Part shown: one piece after another, positions 1 through 8,633 of the stretch
Position numbering within the stretch: the stretch's first letter is position 1
How the letters are laid out: each line of letters begins with the position of its first letter
IMG/VR virus record: IMGVR_UViG_3300037424_000038
Location: 1-40,697 of that record
DNA length: 40,697 bases
Reading direction: 5' to 3' (one strand)
Source: a virus
Lineage: Duplodnaviria > Caudoviricetes
Program-made: the position numbers and the translations under genes
Notes under the pieces: generated by a model
Seen by the model: only the letters and a program-made list of their open reading frames with translations
Told to the model about the DNA's origin: nothing
Databases searched by the model: none

Positions 1-126
1 GCGCATCGCCGGAGACCTGCGCATTGCCGTAGACCCGCGCATTGCCGTAGACCCACGCATTGCCGGAGACCCACGCATCGCCGGAGACCTGCGCATTGCC
101 GTAGACCCGCGCATCGCCGTAGACCC
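1..126. repeat. Terminal overlap (identical to 40571-40696); circular assembly join
   Basis: Bases 1-126 match 40571-40696 exactly; base 127 (g) differs from 40697 (a). Confidence 0.95.
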
Positions 127-220
127 GCGCATTGCCGTAGACCTGCGCATTGCCGTAGACCCGCGCATCGCCGTAGACCCGCGCATCGCCGTAGACCCAC
201 GCATTGCCGTAGACCCACGC
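1..220. repeat. 18-bp tandem repeat array (13 units on the circle) coding AxV(Y/S)G(N/D)
   Basis: Units such as gcgcattgccgtagaccc with variation limited to a few positions. Confidence 0.95.
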
Positions 221-364
221 AAGGTTCTTTTCACTCTCAACGTATCCGCCAAGCGTTCCTGGCGTGATGCCGAGAGCGGCGATAGTGACCAGTGCCCGAA
301 TGCGTTTAACGGTTCTACCAGGCGCAATGACAATCTCGTCTCCTGGCACAAATTCATATTTCAT
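1..364 (-). CDS. Hexapeptide-repeat (left-handed beta-helix-like) protein, 5' part; continues across the circular join to 40332 (~200 aa)
   Basis: ATG at 364 with AAGGAGAG RBS; MKYEFVPGDEIVIAPGRTVKRIRAL...LGGYVESEKNL then A(W/R/Q)V(Y/S)G(N/D) repeats; frame stays open through the join. Confidence 0.85.
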   Translation of the reverse strand, partial: MKYEFVPGDEIVIAPGRTVKRIRALVTIAALGITPGTLGGYVESEKNLAWVYGNAWVYGDARVYGDARVYGNAQVYGNARVYGDARVYGNAQVSGDAWVSGNAWVYGNARVYGNAQVSGDA

Positions 365-394
365 TCGTCTCTCCTTTGTTGCTTGGTTGTGAAC

Positions 395-442
395 AACTCC
401 CGCGCAAACCGCCTGTCACGCGGCTTGCTGCTTGGGCTGTCA
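395..442 (-). repeat. 48-bp intergenic direct repeat, copy A (copy B 39868-39915), containing a stem-loop
   Basis: 45/48 identity; begins at the TGA stop of the upstream minus-strand gene; hairpin gcaagccgc-gtgacag-gcggtttgc. Confidence 0.9.
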
Positions 443-673
443 CTGCAGGCCGTAGGCGGCTGCGAAGGCGGCTTGGTTGGCGTAGCGCTCGCGGTCAAGC
501 TCGCGGACTATGCCTCCAATGTTCATGGTTACATTGACGCCGGCATGATCCTCGATCACGGTTACGGCGTGCCGGTGCGCGTTGAAAGTTTCGACCCTCA
601 GCATGGCGCCAACATTGTTCAGCGCGCACATGGCGCTGTAGACGGCTTCGGCTTGGGCTTGGTTCAGAATCAT
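440..673 (-). CDS. Hypothetical protein (MILNQAQAEAV...)
   Basis: ATG 673 preceded by AAAGGA; downstream of motif-associated promoter. Confidence 0.75.
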   Translation of the reverse strand: MILNQAQAEAVYSAMCALNNVGAMLRVETFNAHRHAVTVIEDHAGVNVTMNIGGIVRELDRERYANQAAFAAAYGLQ

Positions 674-714
674 GATGCGTCCTTTCAAAAATCATTTCGT
701 GTTGCGATGACTCT

Positions 715-758
715 ATTATGCCAATCCACAATGTTTTTTCCAGTAGGGAAAACCCTTA
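715..758 (-). promoter_or_regulatory. Leftward promoter with 15-bp element TAAGGGTTTTCCCTA (744-758) and -10 CATAAT
   Basis: Element, then CTGGAA-17bp-CATAAT. Confidence 0.65.
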
Positions 759-838
759 GATAACACTGATCATTTAAACAGTGGAAAAAACATGGGAAGA
801 GTGTTAAAATAACATCTCTATTAACCGAAAGGACTTCT

Positions 839-1021
839 ATGTTTGGAATGCTCGAATCGCTTGCTAAGGCTGCTGTGGGTGTTGTTACGACTCCTGTCGC
901 GCTGGTGGCCGATGTTGTCACTATGGGCGGCGCACTGACGGATAAGGATAAGCCGTACACCGTGGAAGCCGCAGAAAACATCGTCCAGAATCTCGAAGAT
1001 GCTGTGACGCCGAACAAATAA
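839..1021 (+). CDS. Small hypothetical protein with hydrophobic N-half
   Basis: ATG with AAAGGA RBS; upstream TGTTAAAAT extended -10 near 802-810. Confidence 0.75.
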   Translation: MFGMLESLAKAAVGVVTTPVALVADVVTMGGALTDKDKPYTVEAAENIVQNLEDAVTPNK

Positions 1022-1035
1022 CCAATAGGATAGAC

Positions 1036-1212
1036 ATGGAACAGACTCAAGAAACCGCAACCAATGAGCCGATTACCCCGAAGCCGCCTAGCAAGCTAAA
1101 AGGACGCACGCTGCCGGTGAAGTTTAAAGGTCCGGACGGTGAGACTTGGGCAGGGCGTGGAAGAAAACCAGCATGGGTTGTAGGGGATAAGGAACAGTAC
1201 CGGGTGAAGTGA
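1036..1212 (+). CDS. Stand-alone H-NS-family C-terminal DNA-binding domain protein (58 aa; absent from ORF track)
   Basis: MEQTQETATNEPITPKPPSKLKGRTLPVKFKGPDGETWAGRGRKPAWVVGDKEQYRVK; matches TWxGxGRxPxW signature; AGGA RBS; TGATG coupling to next gene. Confidence 0.85.
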   Translation: MEQTQETATNEPITPKPPSKLKGRTLPVKFKGPDGETWAGRGRKPAWVVGDKEQYRVK

Positions 1213-1400
1213 TGAATACAGTATTTGTGCTCATTATGATCTTCGGTGGGAATTCTAGTGGTTCAGGATACGCAACCATTCAACAAGAATTCTCAACGCT
1301 AGAAAAGTGCGAACATGCCAGAAAAACATTAGCAACTATTCATAACAATAATAATACTGGTTATTCTGTCCTTAGAACGCAAGGATGTTTCGCTAAATGA
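1212..1400 (+). CDS. Small putative secreted/membrane protein
   Basis: Hydrophobic N-terminus, two Cys, coupled start/stop. Confidence 0.65.
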   Translation: MNTVFVLIMIFGGNSSGSGYATIQQEFSTLEKCEHARKTLATIHNNNNTGYSVLRTQGCFAK

Positions 1401-1570
1401 CTGCAGACGAACAACAGCAAGTAAACGAGGCAGCGACATTCCTAGTTTGCCTAGAGCAGTTGTTCTCTGAGTTATCCGAAGAGCAGATAGACATACTCAT
1501 TGCAAACGAGTTAGTAAGTCCTAACGTAAAGCTATGGATTGCTGACAAATATGGCAGGAATGTGCAATAA
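1397..1570 (+). CDS. Small acidic hypothetical protein (57 aa, MTADEQQQVNEAA...)
   Basis: ATGA overlap with previous stop; fills the gap before terminase. Confidence 0.6.
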   Translation: MTADEQQQVNEAATFLVCLEQLFSELSEEQIDILIANELVSPNVKLWIADKYGRNVQ

Positions 1571-1603
1571 TGACTAATGAGTCAGCAAAAAGTGCGCTAG
1601 ATT

Positions 1604-1906
1604 ATGCCTAAGACAAGTACCAGCGGACAAGGAAGGCCAAAGGGAGTGCCTAACAAGTCCACCATTGAGTTTCGTGAGACAGTTAGTGCATTGCTAGCCG
1701 GGAACTCTGCGAACGTTTCTAGGTGGCTAGAAGAGGTTGCAGAGGGTAGCCAAGCAAAAGACTTGAAGCCGGACCCAGGGAAGGCGCTAGACCTTATGGC
1801 AAAACTCGCTGAGTTCGCGGCTCCAAAGCTGGCAAGGACTGAGCATGTTGGCGATGGCGGCGGCCCTGTCCGCATCATTGCTAGCAATCACGATGAAGCT
1901 CTGTGA
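1604..1906 (+). CDS. terS: Terminase small subunit
   Basis: GRPKGVPNK motif, PKL...EHVGDGGGP tail, overlaps terL start. Confidence 0.75.
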   Translation: MPKTSTSGQGRPKGVPNKSTIEFRETVSALLAGNSANVSRWLEEVAEGSQAKDLKPDPGKALDLMAKLAEFAAPKLARTEHVGDGGGPVRIIASNHDEAL

Positions 1907-3255
1907 AGCTAACTGACAAGCAAGAGCAAGCGTTATCCGTATGCGCTAGTGACGCCACTCACGTAATGTTGTTTGGAGGGAGCCGATCTGGGAAGACGTT
2001 CCTCCATGTACGCAACATCGTTATGCGGGCGCTAAAGGCGGAAGAGAGTAGACATGCAATCTTCCGATTCCGATTAAATCACCTGAAAGCCTCTGTATTC
2101 CTTGACACTTTTCCAAAGGTCATGAGGCTTGCTTATCCTGGTGTGGACTGGCACCCACATACGCAAGATATGTATATCGAGCTTCCGAATAAATCACAGA
2201 TATGGTTTGCCGGCCTGGATGATAAGGAGCGTACCGAGAAAATCCTAGGCATGGAATTCTCTACGCTGATGTTTAATGAGGCTAGTCAAATCCCGTATTC
2301 GTCTGTGACCATGGCTCTAACACGGATGGCCCAACTTGCACAGCAGAACATTGAAGGAAGATCAAAAAAGCCTCTAAAACTGCGTGCATTCTATGACTGC
2401 AATCCTCCGCCTAAAAGCCACTGGACGTATCGGCTATTTATTGAAAAGCGCGATCCAGATACGAGAGAGGCCATCAGAAACCCAGAAGACTACGCATCAT
2501 TCCAGATCAATCCGAAGGATAACTCTGAAAACATCAGCCCTGAGTATTTAAAGCAGCTTGAGAATCTTCCGGCAAGAATGAGAGCGCGATTCCTAGAAGG
2601 CAGGTTCGCAGACGCTAATCCTAATGCTCTGTTCCCAGAAGAGCATATTGATAAATGGCGCGTCATCGATGGATCAACGCCTGATATGGTCCGTGTGGTT
2701 GTTGCAGTTGACCCGAGTGGAGCTGATGATGTGGACAACGCAGACAATGACGAGATTGGCATTATCATTGCTGGGCTGGGAACTGACGGCAATGCGTACA
2801 TTCTAGAAGATTGCACGATTAAGGCAGGCCCCGGAACGTGGGGAAGAATCGCAACTAGTGCATTTGATCGCCATAAAGCAGATTGCGTGGTCGGAGAAAC
2901 TAATTTCGGCGGGGCGATGGTCCAGCAAACCATTCAAGTAGCAAGGCCACGCACGCCATTTAAAAAGGTCACAGCAAGTCGCGGCAAGGTTGCGAGAGCA
3001 GAACCTTATTCAGCCCTATACGAACAGGGGAAGATTCGCCACGTTGGTATTTTCCCAGAGCTTGAAGATGAATTAAGCGGGTTTTCTACTGCTGGGTACA
3101 CAGGTAACAAAAGTCCTAACCGTGCTGATGCCATTATTTGGGCATTAGCCGAGTTATTCCCTGGTATTACAAAGCCAACATCAAAGACAGAGATTATTAT
3201 TCCTCTTCCTAAATCATCTCCATTCTCTAGACAGAATGTCACGAGTAGACGATAA
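1903..3255 (+). CDS. terL: Terminase large subunit
   Basis: Walker A GGSRSGKT, Walker B-like LMFNEASQ, DCNPP, nuclease VAVDPS...SPNRADA. Confidence 0.95.
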   Translation: MKLTDKQEQALSVCASDATHVMLFGGSRSGKTFLHVRNIVMRALKAEESRHAIFRFRLNHLKASVFLDTFPKVMRLAYPGVDWHPHTQDMYIELPNKSQIWFAGLDDKERTEKILGMEFSTLMFNEASQIPYSSVTMALTRMAQLAQQNIEGRSKKPLKLRAFYDCNPPPKSHWTYRLFIEKRDPDTREAIRNPEDYASFQINPKDNSENISPEYLKQLENLPARMRARFLEGRFADANPNALFPEEHIDKWRVIDGSTPDMVRVVVAVDPSGADDVDNADNDEIGIIIAGLGTDGNAYILEDCTIKAGPGTWGRIATSAFDRHKADCVVGETNFGGAMVQQTIQVARPRTPFKKVTASRGKVARAEPYSALYEQGKIRHVGIFPELEDELSGFSTAGYTGNKSPNRADAIIWALAELFPGITKPTSKTEIIIPLPKSSPFSRQNVTSRR

Positions 3256-3275
3256 TTATAAAAAGGCATTATCGT

Positions 3276-5327
3276 ATGGCACGCCCGACAAAAACTCAGC
3301 AACTATCCGACTTGCATCAATCAGCAATTGCTGAGTTTGACACTGTACAGTCTGCATTACGTGATGAGCGGATGCAATGCCTGCAAGATCGCAGGTTTTA
3401 TTCTTTGGCTGGAGCAGCTTGGGAAGGTCCAGTCGGCGAACTGTATGAAAACCGTCCTCGGATGGAGTTCAACAAGATTCACCTTGCAGTGATCCGCATC
3501 ATTAACGAGTATCGAAACAATCGTATCACGGTTGATTTCATTAGCAAGGAAGGTGAGGAATACGATTCTCTCGCTGATACTTGCGATGATCTATTCAGGG
3601 CTGATTGCCAGGATTCATGTGCCGAGGAAGCGTTTGATAACGCCTTCGAAGAGGCTGTAGGCGGTGGATACGGGGCGTTCCGTCTTACTACAGGGTATGA
3701 GAATGAAGAAGACGATGACGATGATAAACAGCGCATCCGAGTAGTTCCGATCTGTGATGCTGACAGCTCTGTTTATTTCAGTCTGAACGCAAAGCGCCAA
3801 GACAAGAGCGATGCTAAACGCTGCTGGGTAATCACGGCTATGACACGTGATGCGTATAAAGAAGAATGGGACGATGATCCTGCTACTTGGCCGAAAGATG
3901 TTCAGCAAACTGAATTTGATTGGTCTACTCCTGATGTTGTATATGTCGCTGAGTTCTATCAAGTAGAGGAAGAGCGTGAGACTGTTCGAGTATTCAAAAA
4001 GCTGGATGGCGATGAGGAAAAATATACAGACTCGGAGCTAGAGGATGATGAATCCATCCTTGAAACTCTGGCAGCAACTGGAGCTAAAGAAGTACGCAGC
4101 AAGAAAGTGAAGCGCCGCAAGGTACACAAGTACATCATGAGCGGTAGCAAAATCCTTGAGGATTGCGGCTACATCGCAGGTACTGAGATTCCGATTGTAC
4201 CTGTCTACGGTAAGCGCTGGTTCGTTGATAATGTAGAACGTTGCATGGGCCATGTGAGGCTTGCTAAGGATGCCCAGCGGCTCAAGAACATGCAAATGTC
4301 CAAACTGGCAGAGATTAGCGCTCTGTCGAGTGTTTCCAAGCCTATTCTCACACCTGAACAGATTGCTGGGCATCAAGTGATGTGGCAGGAAGACAACATC
4401 AAGGACTATCCTTACCTGTTGGTCAATCCTGTTACTGATGCAAACGGAAACACCACGGCGTCAGGTCCAGTTGCTTACACGAAGTCCCCAGAAATCCCGC
4501 CTGCTATGGCTGCATTGCTACAGCTTACAGAGCAGGATATGCGGGATATTCTCGGCAATCAGCAGCAAGGCGATAAGATCGTCAGCAATATCTCCGCTGA
4601 GGCTGTTGATCTTGTTCAAAATCGCCTGGACATGCAGACGTTCATCTATATGTCCAACATGGCCAAGGCGATGAAGCGGTGCGGTCAGATTTGGCTGTCA
4701 ATGGCTAAAGATGTATATGTAGAAGAAGGCCGAAAGATGAAAGGTATAGGTGCTCAAGGTGAAATGCGTGGCATTGAATTGATGCGACCGATTGCCAATC
4801 AAGAAACTGGAGAGACAGAGCTAGAAAATGATCTGGCTAATGCCAAGTTTGATATTTATGCAGACGTTGGCCCATCAAGTTCTAGCAAGCGCCAGTCCAC
4901 AGTCAAGACGCTATCCAATATGCTTACGATTGCTCAGACTGATCCTGAGGATTCCACGATCCTGCGATCCATGATCATGATGAACCTTGAAGGCGAAGGC
5001 GTGCAGGACGTGCGCGAATACTATCGTAAGAAGATGGTTCGTATGGGCGTTCATAAACCTACCGAACAAGACATTGCAGAAATGCAGGCACAAGGTAACA
5101 AGCCTGATCCGCAATCTCAATACATGCTTGCAGAGTCTGAACGGGCTAAAGCCGAGGCGTCAGATTTCAGGGCGAACACACTCAAGAATATTTCTCAGGC
5201 CGATCTGAACAAGGCGAAAGAAGCTGAGACGCTCGCCAAGATTGATCAAGGTGAACGCGATCAAATCATCAAGACGCTTGAAACAATCAACAAAGTGAGG
5301 CCGCAAGGTGGATCTGCTGGGGCTTGA
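3276..5327 (+). CDS. Portal protein (P22 gp1-like)
   Basis: 683 aa after terL; AFDNAFEEAVGGGYG, GHVRLAKDAQRLKN, coiled-coil C-terminus. Confidence 0.92.
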   Translation: MARPTKTQQLSDLHQSAIAEFDTVQSALRDERMQCLQDRRFYSLAGAAWEGPVGELYENRPRMEFNKIHLAVIRIINEYRNNRITVDFISKEGEEYDSLADTCDDLFRADCQDSCAEEAFDNAFEEAVGGGYGAFRLTTGYENEEDDDDDKQRIRVVPICDADSSVYFSLNAKRQDKSDAKRCWVITAMTRDAYKEEWDDDPATWPKDVQQTEFDWSTPDVVYVAEFYQVEEERETVRVFKKLDGDEEKYTDSELEDDESILETLAATGAKEVRSKKVKRRKVHKYIMSGSKILEDCGYIAGTEIPIVPVYGKRWFVDNVERCMGHVRLAKDAQRLKNMQMSKLAEISALSSVSKPILTPEQIAGHQVMWQEDNIKDYPYLLVNPVTDANGNTTASGPVAYTKSPEIPPAMAALLQLTEQDMRDILGNQQQGDKIVSNISAEAVDLVQNRLDMQTFIYMSNMAKAMKRCGQIWLSMAKDVYVEEGRKMKGIGAQGEMRGIELMRPIANQETGETELENDLANAKFDIYADVGPSSSSKRQSTVKTLSNMLTIAQTDPEDSTILRSMIMMNLEGEGVQDVREYYRKKMVRMGVHKPTEQDIAEMQAQGNKPDPQSQYMLAESERAKAEASDFRANTLKNISQADLNKAKEAETLAKIDQGERDQIIKTLETINKVRPQGGSAGA

Positions 5328-5613
5328 TCCTTCAAAGCTAGGGCATGCTCAACTCGCCATGCTGCGCGAGAGATACAAGACTGAGAATCCGTCCCTGTAT
5401 GAGTGGCTGGCCCCGTTCGAGCACCAAGCATTCGCACGGGAATGGACACGCGAAATGCCATGGCTGGCGGCTCCTAGCCTGGCTGTTGCAACTCCGGCCT
5501 ATGCAGTGGCTAAAGGGCTAGGATTCATGACGAATCAAGGTGAAGCCACGCCTCCTAGCTGGGAACAAGTGTTCAGAGGATACAAAGGTATCTGGCAAGG
5601 ACTCACACAATAA
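5308..5613 (+). CDS. Hypothetical protein between portal and scaffold
   Basis: 101-aa ORF, GTG start overlapping portal end, fills the gap. Confidence 0.6.
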   Translation: MDLLGLDPSKLGHAQLAMLRERYKTENPSLYEWLAPFEHQAFAREWTREMPWLAAPSLAVATPAYAVAKGLGFMTNQGEATPPSWEQVFRGYKGIWQGLTQ

Positions 5614-5646
5614 AGGCCATCCGGCAAAGCCTCAATTTGCCGAGTA
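5614..5646 (+). promoter_or_regulatory. Putative H-type pseudoknot in scaffold gene leader
   Basis: aggc/gcct crossed with cggcaaa/tttgccg; shares gcctcaatt and gagta with coat leader. Confidence 0.5.
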
Positions 5647-5661
5647 ACTGACGGAGAGTGT

Positions 5662-6525
5662 ATGTCTACAGCGGAAACAATCGAGAACGCAGAGCAAGTA
5701 GAAGTTGACGATCAGACGGACAAGCCAGATCATACTGTAAATGATGAAACAGACGGTGCAGATAATGCTGCAACAGGCCAGCATGAAGAGCAACAAGAAA
5801 CTGATGAAGTGGTCGTAACCATTGGCGACGAACAACAGCAGGAAGAGGACACGAAGGCGCCTGAATGGGTGCGAGAGCTTCGTGTAAAGCATCGTGAGGC
5901 TCAGAAGCGCATCCGAGAGCTTGAAAGCATTGTTCAAAAGACTGAGCCTGCTACCAAACTTGGAGCCGAGCCAAAGCTGGAAGACTTTGATTATGATGCC
6001 GACAAGTTCACAGTTGCGCTAAAGGGCTGGTACGAGAATAAGCGCAAGCATGACGCAGAGCAAGAAGCCAAACAGCGCCAAGCCGAAGAGCAAGAAAAAG
6101 AATGGCGTGCTAGTCTGCAAGGTTATAACGAAAAGAAGCAGAGTCTGAAAGTGAAAGACTTCGATGATGCAGAGGAAATCGTTAAAGAGCAATTCAACGT
6201 CATCCAGCAGTCGGTTATTTTGGATGCCGCTACAAACTCTGCTCTCGTAGTATATGCACTCGGCAAGAACCCTAAGAAATCAGCAGAACTTGCTAGTATC
6301 AAAAACCCCGTCAAACTCGCAGCAGCCATTGCAAACCTGGAGTCTCAATTGAAAGTACAAGGCAAGCGTACCCCCCCGGCTCCTGAGAAAACTATCACAG
6401 GTACTGCTCCTATTTCTGGTAACTCTGACCAAACCCTGGAACGACTGCGCGAAGAGGCTGCGCGGACCGGAGATATGTCTAAGGTTGTTGCGTATAAGCG
6501 CCAACTGAAAGAGAAACAAAAGTAA
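5662..6525 (+). CDS. Scaffolding protein
   Basis: Acidic N-terminus, coiled coil, PKLEDFDYD, position between portal and coat. Confidence 0.88.
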   Translation: MSTAETIENAEQVEVDDQTDKPDHTVNDETDGADNAATGQHEEQQETDEVVVTIGDEQQQEEDTKAPEWVRELRVKHREAQKRIRELESIVQKTEPATKLGAEPKLEDFDYDADKFTVALKGWYENKRKHDAEQEAKQRQAEEQEKEWRASLQGYNEKKQSLKVKDFDDAEEIVKEQFNVIQQSVILDAATNSALVVYALGKNPKKSAELASIKNPVKLAAAIANLESQLKVQGKRTPPAPEKTITGTAPISGNSDQTLERLREEAARTGDMSKVVAYKRQLKEKQK

Positions 6526-6554
6526 TTGACATTGCCATAAAAAGCAGTTAATAT
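6526..6554 (+). promoter_or_regulatory. Sigma70-type promoter for coat operon
   Basis: TTGACA-17bp-TAATAT. Confidence 0.75.
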
Positions 6555-6596
6555 AAGTTTCAGGTATCGCTAGCCTTAAATAGTAGATTTTTAAAC

Positions 6597-6627
6597 GGGC
6601 CTCCGTCCGGCCTCAATTGGATGAGTA
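6597..6627 (+). promoter_or_regulatory. Putative H-type pseudoknot in coat gene leader
   Basis: gggcc/ggcct crossed with cgtcc/ggatg. Confidence 0.5.
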
Positions 6628-6677
6628 TCTAGCAGGGTAAAACCTATTACTTATTCATCTTTTTGAGGTAAATCTAA

Positions 6678-7946
6678 ATGGCTAATCAATTCTCCAAGGA
6701 AGAACGCGTCGCGTTCGAAGATATCCTGGAAGGCTTCCAGGATGCTCTTGTACTCTCTCGTAATGTCTCGATCTATAACACTGATCAGACGATGATGGAG
6801 CGTACCAACAACGTCATTTGGCGCCCGCAGCCGTACATCGCGCAATCGTTCGATGGAACGGATCAGACCGCAAATTTTCAGGACATTACTCAACTGTCTG
6901 TCCCTGCAACCATCGGTTTTAACAAGTCGTCTCCGTGGATCATGACTGCAACCGAGTTGCGTGATGCTCTCCAAGAAGGTCGCTTGGGCGATGCTGCAAA
7001 GCAGAAACTTGCATCTGATATCAATGTGGCTGTGATGAACGTCGCTGCGCTGCAAGGTACTCTGGTGGTCAAGCGTACTACCGCAGCCGCAGGCTTTGAC
7101 GATGTGGCGCAGTGCGAGGCTATCTTTAACGAGCAAGGCGTTCAGCCTTTCGATCGTTATCTGGCTCTCTCCACTCGTGACTACAACGGCATGGCTTCTA
7201 ATCTTGCTGGGCGTGGCACCATGACGGGCAAGCCAACCACAGCCTATGAAAAGGCTTATGTCGGTACTGTGGCGTCTTTTGAGACTTACAAGCTCGATTA
7301 CGCCAATCGTCTGGCTGCTGCTGCTGGTGGCGCTGGCATCACCATGAGCACGCTGGATGCGGCTGTCAACTATTACACTCCGGTCGCTACCCGTACCGCT
7401 ACGACTGGCGAAACCAGTAACGTCGATAACCGTTATCAGACGATTACCGTGTCTACGACTGCAAACGTTGTGGCTGGTGATTGCTTCACGGTTGCTGCTC
7501 TGGATGCTGTCCATCACATCACCAAGGGCGATACCGGCCAGCTCAAGACGTTCCGTGTTATCTCGGTTGATTCTGGTACTACGATGACCATCAGCCCGCC
7601 GATGATCACTGCTCAAGGCGGTACTGATTCTGAACTGCAATATCAGAACTGCGTCATCAACACCAAGGCGGCCAACTCGGCGCTTGTCTTCCTGAACACG
7701 GTTGCTGCTACGATCAACCCGTTCTGGCAAAAAGACGCCATTGAAATCCTTCCGGGCCGTTATGCCGTTCCGACTGACGCTGGTGTGAGTGTGATGCGCG
7801 CATCTACCGACCAAGGTATCGAGCTGGTGTGGCAGAAGTTCTACGATATCAACACCATGAAGACCAAGTATCGTCTTGATACTCTCTTCGGCGTTGTTAA
7901 CAAACAGCCCGAAATGACCGGGATCATGCTGTTCTCGCAAACCTAA
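6678..7946 (+). CDS. Major capsid protein (P22 gp5-like)
   Basis: 422 aa; GAGG RBS; IWRPQPY, AAKQKLASDIN, YRLDTLFGV...PEM resemble P22 coat. Confidence 0.93.
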   Translation: MANQFSKEERVAFEDILEGFQDALVLSRNVSIYNTDQTMMERTNNVIWRPQPYIAQSFDGTDQTANFQDITQLSVPATIGFNKSSPWIMTATELRDALQEGRLGDAAKQKLASDINVAVMNVAALQGTLVVKRTTAAAGFDDVAQCEAIFNEQGVQPFDRYLALSTRDYNGMASNLAGRGTMTGKPTTAYEKAYVGTVASFETYKLDYANRLAAAAGGAGITMSTLDAAVNYYTPVATRTATTGETSNVDNRYQTITVSTTANVVAGDCFTVAALDAVHHITKGDTGQLKTFRVISVDSGTTMTISPPMITAQGGTDSELQYQNCVINTKAANSALVFLNTVAATINPFWQKDAIEILPGRYAVPTDAGVSVMRASTDQGIELVWQKFYDINTMKTKYRLDTLFGVVNKQPEMTGIMLFSQT

Positions 7947-7948
7947 TC

Positions 7949-7970
7949 GATGGGGGCTTCGGCCCCTATC
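7949..7970 (+). promoter_or_regulatory. UUCG hairpin after coat gene (stabiliser or weak terminator)
   Basis: gatgggggc-ttcg-gcccctatc, no strong U tract. Confidence 0.6.
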
Positions 7971-7991
7971 CTTAACTTACAAGGAAATATC

Positions 7992-8591
7992 ATGGCTTCT
8001 AAAATTGTCTATTCTCAAGGTCGTGTCGAAGTCACGATCCCGGCAACTGAGAGCATTGCGGTTTATACGCAAGGCACTGCGCAGGTCTATCGGGAACTTG
8101 GCTATCCGAACGTCCCCAGCACTCTAAGCCTGCTCGGCACTGTCGAAAATGAACAGACTGTGTTTGGTGCTTACGCATCCGGCGCGACGATCATTATCGA
8201 AGCTGGCGCGGCTCCGGTGTATTACTCGGTCGGTGTTGGCCCGGTTACCGATGTTGTGCTGCAAGCCAAGGTGCAAGGCGCTCCCGGAGTTCTGAACGCT
8301 ACCGGAACGCTGACTGCCGCAATGCTCGCCGCTGGTCTTGTGACCTCTACGACTGCTGCCGCTGTCACGGCTACGCTCGATACTGGCACGGTCATTGACG
8401 CTGCTCTTGATCTGTCGATTGATCAATCGTTCGACTGGTCGGCAATCAATACCGGCGGTGCGAATGCGTTTACTGTGACTGCATCGGCTGGCCATACGAT
8501 TGTTGGCTCTGGTACGGTCGCTGCTAGCTCTTCTGGGCATTTCCGTACCCGTAAGACTGCGGCAGATACGTTTGTCACTTATCGTCTGTAA
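7992..8591 (+). CDS. Putative capsid decoration/virion protein
   Basis: AAGGA RBS before ATG 7992; Ala/Thr/Gly/Val-rich; directly follows coat. Confidence 0.75.
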   Translation: MASKIVYSQGRVEVTIPATESIAVYTQGTAQVYRELGYPNVPSTLSLLGTVENEQTVFGAYASGATIIIEAGAAPVYYSVGVGPVTDVVLQAKVQGAPGVLNATGTLTAAMLAAGLVTSTTAAAVTATLDTGTVIDAALDLSIDQSFDWSAINTGGANAFTVTASAGHTIVGSGTVAASSSGHFRTRKTAADTFVTYRL

Positions 8592-8593
8592 TA

Positions 8594-8620
8594 GGAAGGG
8601 GATTCGTCCCCTTTCTTTTT
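8594..8620 (+). terminator. Rho-independent terminator
   Basis: ggaagggga-ttcg-tcccctttc followed by ttttt. Confidence 0.85.
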
Positions 8621-8633
8621 ATTGGAGTTAGTC

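Noticed and set aside
1-126. Terminal repeat as a biological direct terminal repeat
   Set aside because: The ~127-bp length is typical of assembler k-mer overlap, it falls mid-gene within a tandem array, and P22-like phages are usually circularly permuted
1-220. Regular repeats resembling a CRISPR array or DGR template/variable repeat
   Set aside because: Units are contiguous 18-mers without unique spacers, they encode an in-frame hexapeptide repeat, and no cas or reverse transcriptase gene is present
1577-1606. ATG...TAG in frame just upstream of terS, suggesting amber recoding
   Set aside because: Many genes end cleanly at TAG, long genes are uninterrupted in the standard code, and no CTA-anticodon tRNA exists (the tRNA at 22309 has anticodon TAG, i.e. 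Leu)
6633-6647. cagggtaaaacctat as a tenth copy of the 15-bp element
   Set aside because: One base short, lies downstream of the coat promoter rather than upstream, and could simply be an RNA hairpin
6651-7940. 429-aa antisense ORF over the coat gene (likewise 25578-26717, 35327-36205, 39850-40503)
   Set aside because: Shadow frames arising from codon bias or low-complexity repeats of the real genes on the other strand; no SD or motifs
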